Shown: one piece after another, positions 18,650 through 30,917 of the stretch
Position numbering within the stretch: the stretch's first letter is position 1
Layout of the letters: every line of letters begins with the position of its first letter
From: an uncultured Candidatus Saccharibacteria bacterium
Lineage (GTDB): Bacteria; Patescibacteriota; Saccharimonadia; Saccharimonadales; JAGQNJ01
DNA length: 64,000 bases
Assembly (NCBI GenBank): GCA_964590205.1
Contig: CAZPVO010000001.1
Coordinates: 47,873-111,872 of the forward strand
Reading direction: 5' to 3'
Program-made: the position numbers and the translations under genes
The notes under the pieces: model-generated
Databases searched by the model: none
The model's input: the letters and a program-made list of their open reading frames with translations, nothing else
What the model was told of the DNA's origin: nothing

Positions 18650-19450
18650 ATGTCAGAAATAATAGGTGACGCACAAAAAGCAGAACTCGCAAATGGAATT
18701 TATAGAAACGGCGGTTTATTAACCTTTGGGAACGCTATTCTTCGCAATGGTAGTTGGTCGCCATTTTACATGGATGTCAGACCAATACCTTCAATCAGTG
18801 AAGACCTGGCTCGGACAGACATGACGTTTGAGGAACAGCTAACTTTTAGGCGCTCAGCTGTCGGTGCTTACGGGCTATTACTTGATTCAGTTGGCGATCA
18901 TCAACATATTATGTCGATACCTGAAGCAACAGATCATCTTGTTGGGATGATTGGGTTTGCAACTGATAGATCAGTTCTTAAACGTCGAGTGAAATCTAAA
19001 GAGCATGGTAAAAAAGCCGAAATACTAGGCTTTTATAAGCAGGGTGATGTAGCTGCATTTGTTGACGATGTTATTACTTCGTCTGACGCTAAGATTGAAG
19101 AAAAAGAACGAATTGAACAAGGTACAGCATTAGTAGTTAGCGACGACGGAGAAATAATTGAGCCTGGACTTGTTGTTAATGACGCAGCTATTTTAGTTGA
19201 TCGAGAACAAGGTGGGATTGAAGCAGCCAGAGCGCGCGGGTTAAACGTGGTTGCTGCACTAACAGTTAGCGAGTGTATTGAAATTCCGCACGAGGAAGGT
19301 GTAATGCCCGACGAAGCTTACGCAATTATCCAAGGATTCAGGAGTGGTCAAATTACAAGCTTTGCTGATGTTGATTACCCTACTTGGCCGTTAGAAAAGG
19401 ATCATGCTCTATACTTACCTCACGAGATTTTTGGGCGAACTGCTGCCTAG
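18650..19450 (+). CDS. pyrE: Orotate phosphoribosyltransferase-like type I PRTase with insertions
   Basis: FGNAILRNGSWSPFYMDVR (OPRT N-terminal motif), a PRPP loop VAAFVDDVITSSDA, and VDREQGG. At 266 aa it is longer than typical PyrE. Confidence 0.7.
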   Translation: MSEIIGDAQKAELANGIYRNGGLLTFGNAILRNGSWSPFYMDVRPIPSISEDLARTDMTFEEQLTFRRSAVGAYGLLLDSVGDHQHIMSIPEATDHLVGMIGFATDRSVLKRRVKSKEHGKKAEILGFYKQGDVAAFVDDVITSSDAKIEEKERIEQGTALVVSDDGEIIEPGLVVNDAAILVDREQGGIEAARARGLNVVAALTVSECIEIPHEEGVMPDEAYAIIQGFRSGQITSFADVDYPTWPLEKDHALYLPHEIFGRTAA

Positions 19451-19598
19451 AGACTAGAGACAAACTCTAACAGATACGCTATACTGGTGGTATGACACAG
19501 TTAGACCATTCGCACTGCATGTTCATCATGCCCGGTCGGGGCTAACTATTCTTTTCTCTTTAGATATTTTTATGGCAAACTAGATAGGTATACAAACT

Positions 19599-21080
19599 AT
19601 GGCAAATAATTATTACGTTACAACTTCAATCCCGTATGTAAACGGCGAGCCGCATATTGGCCACGCTCTAGAATTTCTATTGGCCGACGTTTTAGCTCGA
19701 ACAGCTCGCGGCAAAAAGCTCAACACCCTGTATAGCACGGGCACAGATGAGCATGGCGGCAAAATTGCCGAAAAAGCCAAAGAGTTGGGCTTAAAACCGC
19801 AGGAATTCGCCGATCAAATGAGCGCCAAATTCAGAGACCTGCAAAAGGAGCTCAATATCAGCAACGACCGGTTTATTCGCACCACCGATCCTGGCCATGA
19901 ACAGCGCGCTCAAATAATTTGGGAAAAACTGCAAAAAGATATTTACAAAGGCAGTTACGAGGGTTGGTACTGTACTGGCGACGAAGCCTTTTTTCCAGAG
20001 AAAACCGTCAAGGAAAACAAAGGTGTTTGTCCAAATCACAACCGACCGTACGAAAAAATCAAAGAAGATAACTACTTCTTTAAGCTCAGTGCCTACGCCC
20101 CAAAAATCAAAGAAGCTATCGAAAAAGGCACATTTAGAGTTATTCCAGCTACACGCAAACACGAAATCCTAAGTGTTATCAAAGAAGGTCTGGAAGACAT
20201 CAGCATCAGTCGACCAAAAGACAAGATTTCTTGGGGCATTCCGGTGCCCGGTGATGATACGCAGGTTATGTACGTTTGGTTTGAGGCGCTCATGAACTAT
20301 CTGACCGTACTTGGCTACCCTGAACACGAAGATTTTAAGAAGTTCTGGCCGGCAAATGTTCAAGTGATCGGCAAGGATATTATTCGTTTTCACGCTGCTA
20401 TTTGGCCTGGCATGCTGCTTGCGCTTGGTTTGCCCTTGCCGCAAACCTTGTATGTCCATGGTTTTATCACGGTTGACGACAAAAAAATGAGCAAAACGCT
20501 CGGTAATGTTATACCACCACACGAAATTATTAGTCGCTACGGTGTTGATCCGTTTCGATATTTCTTTTTGCGACACATTCCAAGCAGTGACGATGGTGAT
20601 TTTAGTTGGGAAAAACTTGATGCTGCCTATAACAACGAACTGGCTAACGAATTGGGTAACGGCGTTCAGCGCACAGTGGCCATGATTCAAAAATATCAAC
20701 AGGGGTTAATTGGTGAAATTCCGCCGTCCAAGCATGACCTCGCGCAGTACGAAAAAGCTGTTGAAGATTGCAAGTTTGACCGCGCTCTAGACGAAGTGTG
20801 GGAGCAAGTTCGCGGCCTTAATCAATACATTGACGAGGAAAAACCGTGGGCTGTGGCTAAAGCTGGCGACGAAGAACATTTGCGTGAAGTGCTAGCTTAC
20901 CAGGCTAGCTGCTTGTTGGAAATTGCTGATTTGCTTGAACCATTTATGCCAGAAACTGCTGTGAAAATTCGTCACGTATTTGAAGAAGGTGTGGTTCGAC
21001 CGATAGAAGGTACGCTTTTCCCTAAAGCCGAAGCGGCCAAAACTGAGCAAGCGCCACAAACTCCACCAAAACAGGGGTAA
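19599..21080 (+). CDS. metG: Methionyl-tRNA synthetase (compact, no C-terminal tRNA-binding domain)
   Basis: PYVNGEPHIGHA (HIGH) and KMSKTLGN (KMSKS) motifs. Confidence 0.93.
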   Translation: MANNYYVTTSIPYVNGEPHIGHALEFLLADVLARTARGKKLNTLYSTGTDEHGGKIAEKAKELGLKPQEFADQMSAKFRDLQKELNISNDRFIRTTDPGHEQRAQIIWEKLQKDIYKGSYEGWYCTGDEAFFPEKTVKENKGVCPNHNRPYEKIKEDNYFFKLSAYAPKIKEAIEKGTFRVIPATRKHEILSVIKEGLEDISISRPKDKISWGIPVPGDDTQVMYVWFEALMNYLTVLGYPEHEDFKKFWPANVQVIGKDIIRFHAAIWPGMLLALGLPLPQTLYVHGFITVDDKKMSKTLGNVIPPHEIISRYGVDPFRYFFLRHIPSSDDGDFSWEKLDAAYNNELANELGNGVQRTVAMIQKYQQGLIGEIPPSKHDLAQYEKAVEDCKFDRALDEVWEQVRGLNQYIDEEKPWAVAKAGDEEHLREVLAYQASCLLEIADLLEPFMPETAVKIRHVFEEGVVRPIEGTLFPKAEAAKTEQAPQTPPKQG

Positions 21081-21083
21081 GCT

Positions 21084-21899
21084 ATGCAATTTATTGATAC
21101 TCATTGCCATATTCATGAGGCCACTGCTAAGCTTGAAGGCGACGAATTTATGCATTCAAAATGGCATCAGGCTGGCAAAACTGATCCAGCTCAGATTATT
21201 GATGATGCGTGGGACGCTGGTGTAACCACGCTGCTGTGCGTGGGTACAACATTGGCTGATAGCAAACTCGCGGTTGAACTGGCCCAAAAATTCGATAACT
21301 GTTGGGCCACGATCGGTATTCATCCACACGAATCCGAGGATCATAACACCAACGAACATCTGGCAGAATTTGAAAAACTAGCAACTCAGCCAAAAGTTGT
21401 AGCGATTGGAGAGTGCGGGCTGGATTTTTACTACAATAATTCACCCAAAAAGCATCAATTAGAACTGTTGGAGTTCCAACTCCAGTTAGCTCAAAAACAT
21501 GATTTGCCCCTGGTTTTTCATGTTCGCGATGCATTCGATGACTTTTTTAGCGTTCTGGACCGCTTTCAGGGCATCAGAGGTGTTATCCACAGCTTTACTG
21601 CTAATCAGTCAATCCTTGACAAATGTTTGAGTCGAGGGCTTTATATTGGCCTAAATGGCATCATGACGTTCACCAAAGACCAAGAACAGCTTGCGGCTGC
21701 CAAGGCCGTTCCTCTCGAGAAATTGCTGATTGAAACAGATGCGCCTTTCTTGACTCCTGTACCGCACCGTGGTACAATCTGCGAGCCTAAGTATGTACGT
21801 GTTACAGCGGAGTTTTTAAGTCACTTGAGGGGCGAGCCCCTCGGTGAGTTTGCTGCTTCCACATCGCGGAATGCTAACAGGCTCTTCAAGCTAAAATAG
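21084..21899 (+). CDS. tatD: TatD-family metal-dependent hydrolase/DNase
   Basis: FIDTHCHI, IGECGLDFYY, VFHVRDA, VIHSF, ETDAPFL motifs. Confidence 0.9.
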   Translation: MQFIDTHCHIHEATAKLEGDEFMHSKWHQAGKTDPAQIIDDAWDAGVTTLLCVGTTLADSKLAVELAQKFDNCWATIGIHPHESEDHNTNEHLAEFEKLATQPKVVAIGECGLDFYYNNSPKKHQLELLEFQLQLAQKHDLPLVFHVRDAFDDFFSVLDRFQGIRGVIHSFTANQSILDKCLSRGLYIGLNGIMTFTKDQEQLAAAKAVPLEKLLIETDAPFLTPVPHRGTICEPKYVRVTAEFLSHLRGEPLGEFAASTSRNANRLFKLK

Positions 21900-21917
21900 G
21901 GAGTAACCACGCGCCAT

Positions 21918-22322
21918 ATGGCAACAACACAACAGCAGGATTATCAAGCTGAGAAAGCTTTTCAAGGGGATCGTGACCGAAACGTTGTTCACGAAGTAGC
22001 CGCACACCGAGAAGCTGAAATTATGGGAGCGTTGGTTTTTATAGAAACAGCTATTCGAGCTTTTGGTGCAACACCTGAAACTCTCAAGGAAATGGATAAA
22101 GTTCGCGAAGAGATGACGCAACTTGCAGCGCAAGAAGTGCCGACTACAGAGGCTGCTCGCCAAGCTGTCGAGCAAGCCGGATTGACGCCTGTTGAAGTAA
22201 CTCAGCCATCTGTAAAAACGAATGATGAATTAAGTGAAGCAGAGATGCTGGCTAAAGCTTACGCTGTGCATGACTCTGCGCCAGTGGACTTAAGCGGAAC
22301 TGACTATACGTTAGCAGCATAA
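21918..22322 (+). CDS. Hypothetical acidic protein (134 aa)
   Basis: ORF in the operon context between tatD and the next gene; no family recognised. Confidence 0.55.
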   Translation: MATTQQQDYQAEKAFQGDRDRNVVHEVAAHREAEIMGALVFIETAIRAFGATPETLKEMDKVREEMTQLAAQEVPTTEAARQAVEQAGLTPVEVTQPSVKTNDELSEAEMLAKAYAVHDSAPVDLSGTDYTLAA

Positions 22323-22331
22323 GGACAAGAC

Positions 22332-22700
22332 ATGATTAAGAAATTTATCCAAAGCCTCGTTCCTCAAAAGGAAGAAGATCGTCGTGCCAAATTACAGCGA
22401 GATTTTATGCATCACGAAGCAAAAATTGGTGGCCAATTGTTTGGCGAAGTCCCTGCAGGGCATCGCCGCGAATTCTTTTGTTTGGATCGCAACACCTGGG
22501 TATGGCACGAAGAATGGACTGACGAAACAGGCAATTATCGAATTATGACAACTCGTTACGATGTGCGCCCAACCGGTATATTAAAATCTCAAAATGGCAA
22601 CCACTACCAACACGTCACGCTGGAAGAAGCACAGCACTTATACCAAGCTGCGAATTTATACAACCAACGTGTGCGTAGCGAAATTTACGGCGCAGTGTAG
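22332..22700 (+). CDS. Hypothetical protein (122 aa)
   Basis: AAGGA SD upstream and a W/H-rich core (FFCLDRNTWVWHEEWTDETGNY); no family recognised. Confidence 0.6.
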   Translation: MIKKFIQSLVPQKEEDRRAKLQRDFMHHEAKIGGQLFGEVPAGHRREFFCLDRNTWVWHEEWTDETGNYRIMTTRYDVRPTGILKSQNGNHYQHVTLEEAQHLYQAANLYNQRVRSEIYGAV

Positions 22701-22712
22701 AATAGTCATCCA

Positions 22713-23849
22713 ATGAAGCGGACAATTTATCTGGATTATGCCGCTGCGACTCCTGTCGATCCAATAGTGTTAAAAGTTATGCAGCCATATTTTGTTGACG
22801 AATTTTATAATCCGTCAGCGCTGTACTTGAATTCTCAAAAAGTTTCTAAAGATTTGGAAAATGCTCGAACTTCAGTCGCTTCAATTCTTGGCGTCAAGCC
22901 AGCTGAAATTATCTTTACGGCTGGCGGCACGGAAGCGAATAATTTAGCAATTGTTGGCCTAATGATCCAACATCCGGAAGCTAACGTTGTGACTAGCGAA
23001 ATCGAGCACGATTCGGTTTTAAAACCCGCGCGCGAATTCAATCATCGAAAAGTTAAAACTCTACCAGATGGCTGCATTGATCTGAGCGATTTAGCCAAAA
23101 AGATCGATGATCAAACAGTATTGGTGAGTATCATGTACGCCAACAACGAAATTGGTACCATTCAACCAATCCGCGAAGTGGCTAAAATTGTTCAGAAGAT
23201 TCGCGAAGAGCGTCAAAAATCTGATAACAAATTACCATTGTATCTACACACCGATGCCTGTCAGGCGGCTAACTACTTAGACTTACATGTTCACCGTCTT
23301 GGTGTTGATTTGGTGACGATTAACGGCGGAAAAATTTATGGACCAAAACAGAGCGGTGCGTTGTTTGTCGCCGCAAATGTAAAACTGGAGCCAATCATTT
23401 TTGGTGGAGGGCAGGAGCTTGGACTTCGCTCAGGCACCGAAAATGTGGCTGGTGACATCGGCTTTGCTGAAGCCCTCAAGATTGCTCAAGACAAGAAAGA
23501 AGGCGAAGTTGCACGACTCCAAAAACTCCAACAACAGTTTATTGATGGCTTACAAAAGCTGCCAAACGTAACAATTAACGGCTCGCTAAAGAACCGCCTG
23601 CCCAACAACGTTCACGCTACGTTCACGGGTCAAGATAATGAGCGTTTGATTATGCAACTCGACGAGTTGGGCATAATGTGCGCGGCTGGATCAGCGTGTA
23701 GCGCCAGTAGTGAAGAAGTTTCACATGTGCTTCACGCTGTGGGTCTCTCTGATACTCAAGCTCAAAGCAGCTTGCGATTTACAATGGGCCAACAAACGGA
23801 CAGTGACGATATAAATTTTGTGCTAAAAACGCTCGCAAAACTGCTTTGA
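22713..23849 (+). CDS. Cysteine desulfurase (class V aminotransferase, NifS/IscS-like)
   Basis: FTAGGTEANN, HTDACQA, the PLP-lysine region INGGKIYGPK, and the catalytic-Cys loop AAGSACSA. Confidence 0.88.
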   Translation: MKRTIYLDYAAATPVDPIVLKVMQPYFVDEFYNPSALYLNSQKVSKDLENARTSVASILGVKPAEIIFTAGGTEANNLAIVGLMIQHPEANVVTSEIEHDSVLKPAREFNHRKVKTLPDGCIDLSDLAKKIDDQTVLVSIMYANNEIGTIQPIREVAKIVQKIREERQKSDNKLPLYLHTDACQAANYLDLHVHRLGVDLVTINGGKIYGPKQSGALFVAANVKLEPIIFGGGQELGLRSGTENVAGDIGFAEALKIAQDKKEGEVARLQKLQQQFIDGLQKLPNVTINGSLKNRLPNNVHATFTGQDNERLIMQLDELGIMCAAGSACSASSEEVSHVLHAVGLSDTQAQSSLRFTMGQQTDSDDINFVLKTLAKLL

Positions 23850-23917
23850 TTACCACTGTAATCGGGATATAATAAAACAGATTGTAGCCATAAGCTTTTA
23901 AGGTGGGCAAATAAAAC

Positions 23918-24583
23918 GTGGAAATCTGGCAGCTTGTTTTAATCGTTACGGTGTTAATTGCGGCAACTGCGGCCTTTGTCTGGAACGCACTGCGTATTAC
24001 GCACCACAACCAAAGTCACCAAAATGTGTTGTCGCATGACACACATGATCCTAAAAAACAGCCGACTGGCGCTGATGCCACGTTATATCAAGATACCGAA
24101 CACGACATAGAGCATATTTTCGATGACAAGTTCCGTGCTGAACTTCGAAACCGCGGCCGACTTCACTTTGAAAAAATCATTGGCGAAAATGCCATGTTTC
24201 TACAGCAAGACCTTCGTTTGACAACTTCGCAGTTGAACGAATACATGAAGCAGGAAATTAATAAAACCCTGCAAGAGGAATTTAGTAAGTACGAACAATC
24301 TATCAACGATGCCAAACAACTGGCAATTGAATCTATTGAAAAAACTCGAGCCGCAATTGATCAACAGCGTCAAATTTTGGGAGAACGCCTCGAAGCCGAA
24401 GTCAAAGCTGAGAAAGAACGCCTCATCGCACGGTTTGATAAAAACATGTCCGAAATCGTGAATCATTATGTTGTTGCTGCAATTGGCAATCAGATAGATT
24501 TGGAAGATCAGCTGGAATATATTCTGGGCGATCTTGAAGCAAATAAAAAAGCAATTTTAGAGGATGTAAAAAACGGGGCGTAG
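23918..24583 (+). CDS. atpF: F-type ATPase peripheral-stalk subunit b-like protein (long, 221 aa)
   Basis: GTG start, a single N-terminal TM segment, then a long charged coiled-coil. It sits immediately before the delta/alpha/gamma/beta/epsilon genes. A TATAAT at 23865-23870 lies upstream. Confidence 0.55.
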   Translation: MEIWQLVLIVTVLIAATAAFVWNALRITHHNQSHQNVLSHDTHDPKKQPTGADATLYQDTEHDIEHIFDDKFRAELRNRGRLHFEKIIGENAMFLQQDLRLTTSQLNEYMKQEINKTLQEEFSKYEQSINDAKQLAIESIEKTRAAIDQQRQILGERLEAEVKAEKERLIARFDKNMSEIVNHYVVAAIGNQIDLEDQLEYILGDLEANKKAILEDVKNGA

Positions 24584-24597
24584 GTCCCTGGGCCACT

Positions 24598-25089
24598 ATG
24601 GCAGACAAACAAATATTACCAGCATCAATAACCGGCCGAACAGATCTTACACGACTTTCGCATGATCTGCAGATGTTTGATGAGCAAATGCAGCAACAAG
24701 CCATCAAAAAAGTTGCCAAACAACCAACTCCCGAAATGTCGGAGTTGCTGCAAACGGTCAGTAATGATTTGAAGCTTGATTTGAAAAAATCCGAGGACCG
24801 CGACAGCCTGAAGCAACTGCTGGATGAAACATTAAAAAGTTCGCCGGCTATTCACATGAGCTTCGCAGCTGTACCGAGCCCGGCTTTTATGCAAAAAATT
24901 GTTGCTTGGTTTCGAAAAGAAATCCATCCAAGTGCGCTGATTCAGGTTGGTCTGCAACCAGACATTGCCGCTGGTTGTATTGTTCGCACCGCTAACAAAC
25001 AGTTTGATTTAAGTCTTCGCCAATCATTGCAAGCCAAGCAGGCCTTACTGATTCAATCCATTAGGGGGCAAGATGAGCAACCAAAGTAA
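24598..25089 (+). CDS. atpH: F-type ATPase subunit delta (OSCP)-like
   Basis: The position in the operon and the C-terminal [30 protein letters not shown] match the OSCP C-terminal motif. The N-terminus is divergent. Confidence 0.65.
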   Translation: MADKQILPASITGRTDLTRLSHDLQMFDEQMQQQAIKKVAKQPTPEMSELLQTVSNDLKLDLKKSEDRDSLKQLLDETLKSSPAIHMSFAAVPSPAFMQKIVAWFRKEIHPSALIQVGLQPDIAAGCIVRTANKQFDLSLRQSLQAKQALLIQSIRGQDEQPK

Positions 25090-26499
25090 ACACTTTGAGC
25101 AACTTGTTGCGGGGGGCAATCCAGTTGGTGAAGTGATTGCCGTAAATCGCTTTTTGGTACGAGTGAAAGGCCTACACCCAGTTAGTGTGCGTTCATTGAT
25201 TATGTTTGAAGATGGTAGCAAAGGCATGGTGTACCACGTGCTGAGTGATTATGTGCTGATATTACACATGGGCACGTCTGAACTGCAGGTTGGTTCAGTA
25301 GCCGTTGTCCAGCATGGCGACTTGGTATGTAAAGTTGGTAAGAGTTTTATTGGCCGCGTTGTCTCTGTAAACGGTGAGGCACTTGACGGCAAGGGTCCGG
25401 TCACGCCAGATGACACAAAGCCAGTGTTTGCCGAAGCACCACCGATGAACACCCGCGAAATGTTGAGTGATCAGCTTGAAACAGGCGTCACCGTTATTGA
25501 TTCGGTATTTCCAATTGTAAAAGGTCAGCGTCTGGCGATTTTAGGTGATAGTAAATCAGGCAAGACCACGCTCGCTACACAGTTGGCCATCAGCCAAAAA
25601 GACAAAGGAGTTATTGTTATTTACGTTATGATTGGTAAGCGTAGAAGCGAAGTAAATACACTGCTCACTCGATTGCAAGAAACAGACTCACTTAAAAATA
25701 GCATTGTAATCGTCTCAACCATTTTTGATTCACTAATCACTGGTTATCTTGCGCCATACGTTGGTTGCGCCATGGCCGAATACCTTTGGAAAGACTGCAA
25801 TCAGGATTCAGTGATCGTGTACGATGATTTGACGACCCATGCGTATATGTACCGCGAAATTGCGTTGTTATCAGGTGTGAGCCCGGGGCGAGATTCGTAC
25901 CCAGGTGATATGTTCTACGCCCATTCTTCACTACTCGAGCGAGCTGGAAAGCTCAAAGAGAACCACAAAACGCTGTCGTCAGTGCCACTCGTCTTGGCCT
26001 CTGGTGGTGATATTACGGCATTTTTACCAACCAACATTATGTCTATTACCGACGGTCAGTGGATTATGGATATGGAAATTTTCCGTGAAGGCGTGCGCCC
26101 CGCGCTTAATGTAGGTCTAAGTGTTACGCGTGTTGGCGGACGTGGACATAACGATCGACAAAAAAAGATTGCAGCTCAAGTTTTGCAAGCTTTAGCCTCA
26201 TATCGTCAAGCCCAAGAGTTTGCTCATTTTGGTTCAGAACTCGCGCTCGAAACAAAACAGCAACTAGAAAAGGGTAAACATATTCTTTCAGTTCTCGAGC
26301 AGGGTCCAAAAGAGTTATTTAGCACAATGGCTCAGCAGCTGATGCTCGATATTATTTTGACGAGCGGCGAAGGGCAGGTACTGGATATTGCAGCACTCAA
26401 ACTGGCTGTCGCAGATTATGCCAAGCAGGTAAAAGATGATAAAGATTACCCTCAAGTTTTAGAGGCCCTGCGTAGTAAAAGCACCATGGAGATTAAGCG

Positions 26500-26503
<4 letters not shown>
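25073..26503 (+). CDS. atpA: F-type ATPase subunit alpha (476 aa, short)
   Basis: The P-loop is [11 protein letters not shown] (canonical GDRQTGKT). [21 protein letters not shown] is also present. The gene overlaps atpH by 17 nt. Confidence 0.9.
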
Positions 26504-28648
<2,145 letters not shown>

Positions 28649-28649
<1 letters not shown>

Positions 28650-28975
28650 TGGTAAAACGACAAGATGCCAGCACTGGTCAAATCGTTGATAACGGACAGC
28701 CGCCAGCTCCAGCAGCTCCAACCCCGCAACCAGTATCACTGCATATTAAGGTTCACTCGCCGTTCAAGATTTATTTTGAAGGTGAAGCTAGTAGCATCTC
28801 GGCAGTCAATAACACAGGACCATTTGATATTTTGCCGCTCCATCACAATTTTATTACGCTGTTAAACCCGTGCGATCTGGTGATACGCACTCAACAAGGT
28901 GAACAGCGCATTCGCATCACTCGAGGCGTCATGCACGTCAAAGCTAATTCGGTGAACGTTTTCCTCGACGTTTAG
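28649..28975 (+). CDS. atpC: F-type ATPase subunit epsilon, beta-sandwich domain only
   Basis: Last position in the operon. A roughly 78-aa beta-rich core follows a P/A/Q-rich N-terminal extension, with no C-terminal helical hairpin. Confidence 0.7.
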
Positions 28976-28986
28976 GCTTCCCTAAA
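28971..28986. terminator. Small hairpin shared by two convergent stop codons
   Basis: TTTAGG-cttc-CCTAAA. The TAG of atpC (28973-28975) and the TAG of the minus-strand gene (28982-28984) both lie in the stem arms. There is no U-tract. Confidence 0.25.
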
Positions 28987-29749
28987 GATATGCTGCCTGG
29001 TTGACATGCCCGCTATCTTCACCAAGTTGTGCTACTTCTTGCAAGGCATTTCCACCAAATCGTGCCCAGAGAGCTGCATCAGTTTTGCCACTTCTTTCTA
29101 TGAGCGCAAACGGCAAGCTGGCATTCGAGAATTCGATTAATGAGGGGCTTAAACGCTGCACCTGGAAAACAGATAAATCAGTTGGTCGTAACACGACGGC
29201 CTCACAAGGAACAAAGTCTAATACGCCATAGGCATTTTGGACAGACGAAGTACCAAGTCGTTGTATGATTGCCTGATACTTGCCTTGTAAAGCAGGATCA
29301 ACATTGAGGCGCTCATGTGTGGTATCAACTGCGTGTAAAACGGTAGTATGATCGCGGTCGAATAAACGGCCTATAATTGGGTAACTCTGCTTATTTACAT
29401 CACGTGCAATTGTCATTGCCATTTTACGGGCCGCAACGATTGGGCGAGATCTTACCTTTGAAAATATTGCATCTACTTCAACCCCAAAAACCGTTGAGGT
29501 ATTTTGTACGATATCTTCAATTGGTGTAAGCGGAGTTTCAAAATCAACACCCGGTTGAGATTTGGCTGACAAAAGTATCCCTGGCTTTTTAACGATTTCA
29601 ACCACACCTTCATCTTCGTGAAGGACAATAAAAGGGACGCGAGGAAACTGCGCTGCATTTTGTTGTGCTACGTCAAGAACGCCTTGCTTTATTGCTAAGT
29701 CGGACTCACTAATAGCAGTCTGCGGATCTACCTCAGTATTTTTAGTCAT
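28982..29749 (-). CDS. Stand-alone DnaA domain-IV (DnaA-box-binding HTH) protein with unique N- and C-terminal regions
   Basis: IFSKVRSRPIVAARKMAMTIARDVNKQSYPIIGRLFDRDHTTVLHAV aligns almost residue-for-residue with DnaA domain IV (SK.RSR.va.pRQiAMyLar.lt..S.p.IG..Fg.RDHTTVlHA). There is no AAA+ Walker motif. The ATG at 29749 is preferred over the TTG at 29758. Confidence 0.75.
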   Translation of the reverse strand: MTKNTEVDPQTAISESDLAIKQGVLDVAQQNAAQFPRVPFIVLHEDEGVVEIVKKPGILLSAKSQPGVDFETPLTPIEDIVQNTSTVFGVEVDAIFSKVRSRPIVAARKMAMTIARDVNKQSYPIIGRLFDRDHTTVLHAVDTTHERLNVDPALQGKYQAIIQRLGTSSVQNAYGVLDFVPCEAVVLRPTDLSVFQVQRLSPSLIEFSNASLPFALIERSGKTDAALWARFGGNALQEVAQLGEDSGHVNQAAYL

Positions 29750-29844
29750 ATTTGACAATCTTGCTACTGTTTGGCCTAATTTGCAAGCATAAGCAGCGCT
29801 TTACTCTGGCAAAACAGAGGTGAAAATGCTATAATCTGCAGACT

Positions 29845-30888
29845 ATGGCAAAAAAAGTTTTTGTCGGTATGTCCGGCGGAGTTGATAGCTCCGCAACCGC
29901 AGCGCTGCTAAAAGAGCAGGGCTATGACGTTACAGGTGTTTACATGAAAAACTGGTCGCAAGATCTGCCTGGTCATCACTGCCCATGGAAAGAAGATTTC
30001 CAGGATGCCAAGCGCGTGGCCGTACAACTTGGTATTGAGTTTAAAATGTACGACTTTGAGAAAGAATATCGGCACAAAGTTGTCGATTACATGATTGCCG
30101 AATACAAAGCTGGTCGCACACCAAATCCGGACATTATGTGCAATCAAGAAGTAAAGTTCAAACTGTTTTTGGAAACCTGCCTAGAAGATGGCGCAGACCT
30201 GATTGCAACCGGCCATTACGCACGCCTAAAAGATGGCAAACTACTGACGGCCAAGAATTTGGACAAAGACCAGACCTACTTTTTATACCGCGTAACCGAG
30301 GATGCGCTTAAGAAAAGTTTGATGCCAATCGGTGAATTCAAAACTAAGGATGAAGTTCGAGCCAAAGCAAAAGAGCTGGGCCTGGTTACGGCTGATAAAA
30401 AAGACAGCCAGGGTATCTGTTTTGTTGGCAAAGTCGGCATAAAAGACTTCTTGAGCAATTACGTGAAAACTAAACCCGGTGACATTAAAGATCAAACAGG
30501 GAAGGTTCTTGGCAAACATGACGGTGCAATTTTCTACACGCTTGGCCAGCGGCACGGTTTAGATGTTGGTGGGGGACTCCCCTATTACGTGGTAGGGAAG
30601 GATATGGACAAAAATGAAGTTTACGTTACGACCGATCTGGACGATGAAAACCTCTGGCATGATGAGCTTAAACTCACAGATGTTCACTGGATTAACTCTC
30701 CTTCTAAACTTAACAAGTTAAGCGTTCGCACAAGATACCGAGCTCCACTGATCGAATGCACAATCCAAGAAAAATCTAAAAATACTTTACTTGTTAAGCT
30801 TAAAGATCCAGTGCGAGCTCTCACTCCCGGTCAATCCGCTGTTTTTTATGACGGCGATCAATGCCTCGGCGGTGGGATTATTGTATAA
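29845..30888 (+). CDS. mnmA: tRNA-specific 2-thiouridylase MnmA
   Basis: VFVGMSGGVDSS PP-loop, CFVG, and typical length. Confidence 0.93.
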   Translation: MAKKVFVGMSGGVDSSATAALLKEQGYDVTGVYMKNWSQDLPGHHCPWKEDFQDAKRVAVQLGIEFKMYDFEKEYRHKVVDYMIAEYKAGRTPNPDIMCNQEVKFKLFLETCLEDGADLIATGHYARLKDGKLLTAKNLDKDQTYFLYRVTEDALKKSLMPIGEFKTKDEVRAKAKELGLVTADKKDSQGICFVGKVGIKDFLSNYVKTKPGDIKDQTGKVLGKHDGAIFYTLGQRHGLDVGGGLPYYVVGKDMDKNEVYVTTDLDDENLWHDELKLTDVHWINSPSKLNKLSVRTRYRAPLIECTIQEKSKNTLLVKLKDPVRALTPGQSAVFYDGDQCLGGGIIV

Positions 30889-30917
30889 CCCCTGTTTTTT
30901 GCTAAAATGTAACAGAT

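Noticed and set aside
19451-19598. T-box leader upstream of metG, because GGTGGTA resembles the T-box core
   Set aside because: The 7-mer overlaps a probable -10 (TATACT) at the 5' end of a spacer of only 148 nt. There is no room for Stem I or a specifier loop, and no ACCGCG continuation or terminator/antiterminator pair.
21586-21594. A consensus DnaA box (TTATCCACA) as a possible target of the DnaA domain-IV protein or an origin marker
   Set aside because: It is a single occurrence inside the tatD coding sequence. I saw no cluster of boxes and no AT-rich unwinding element nearby.
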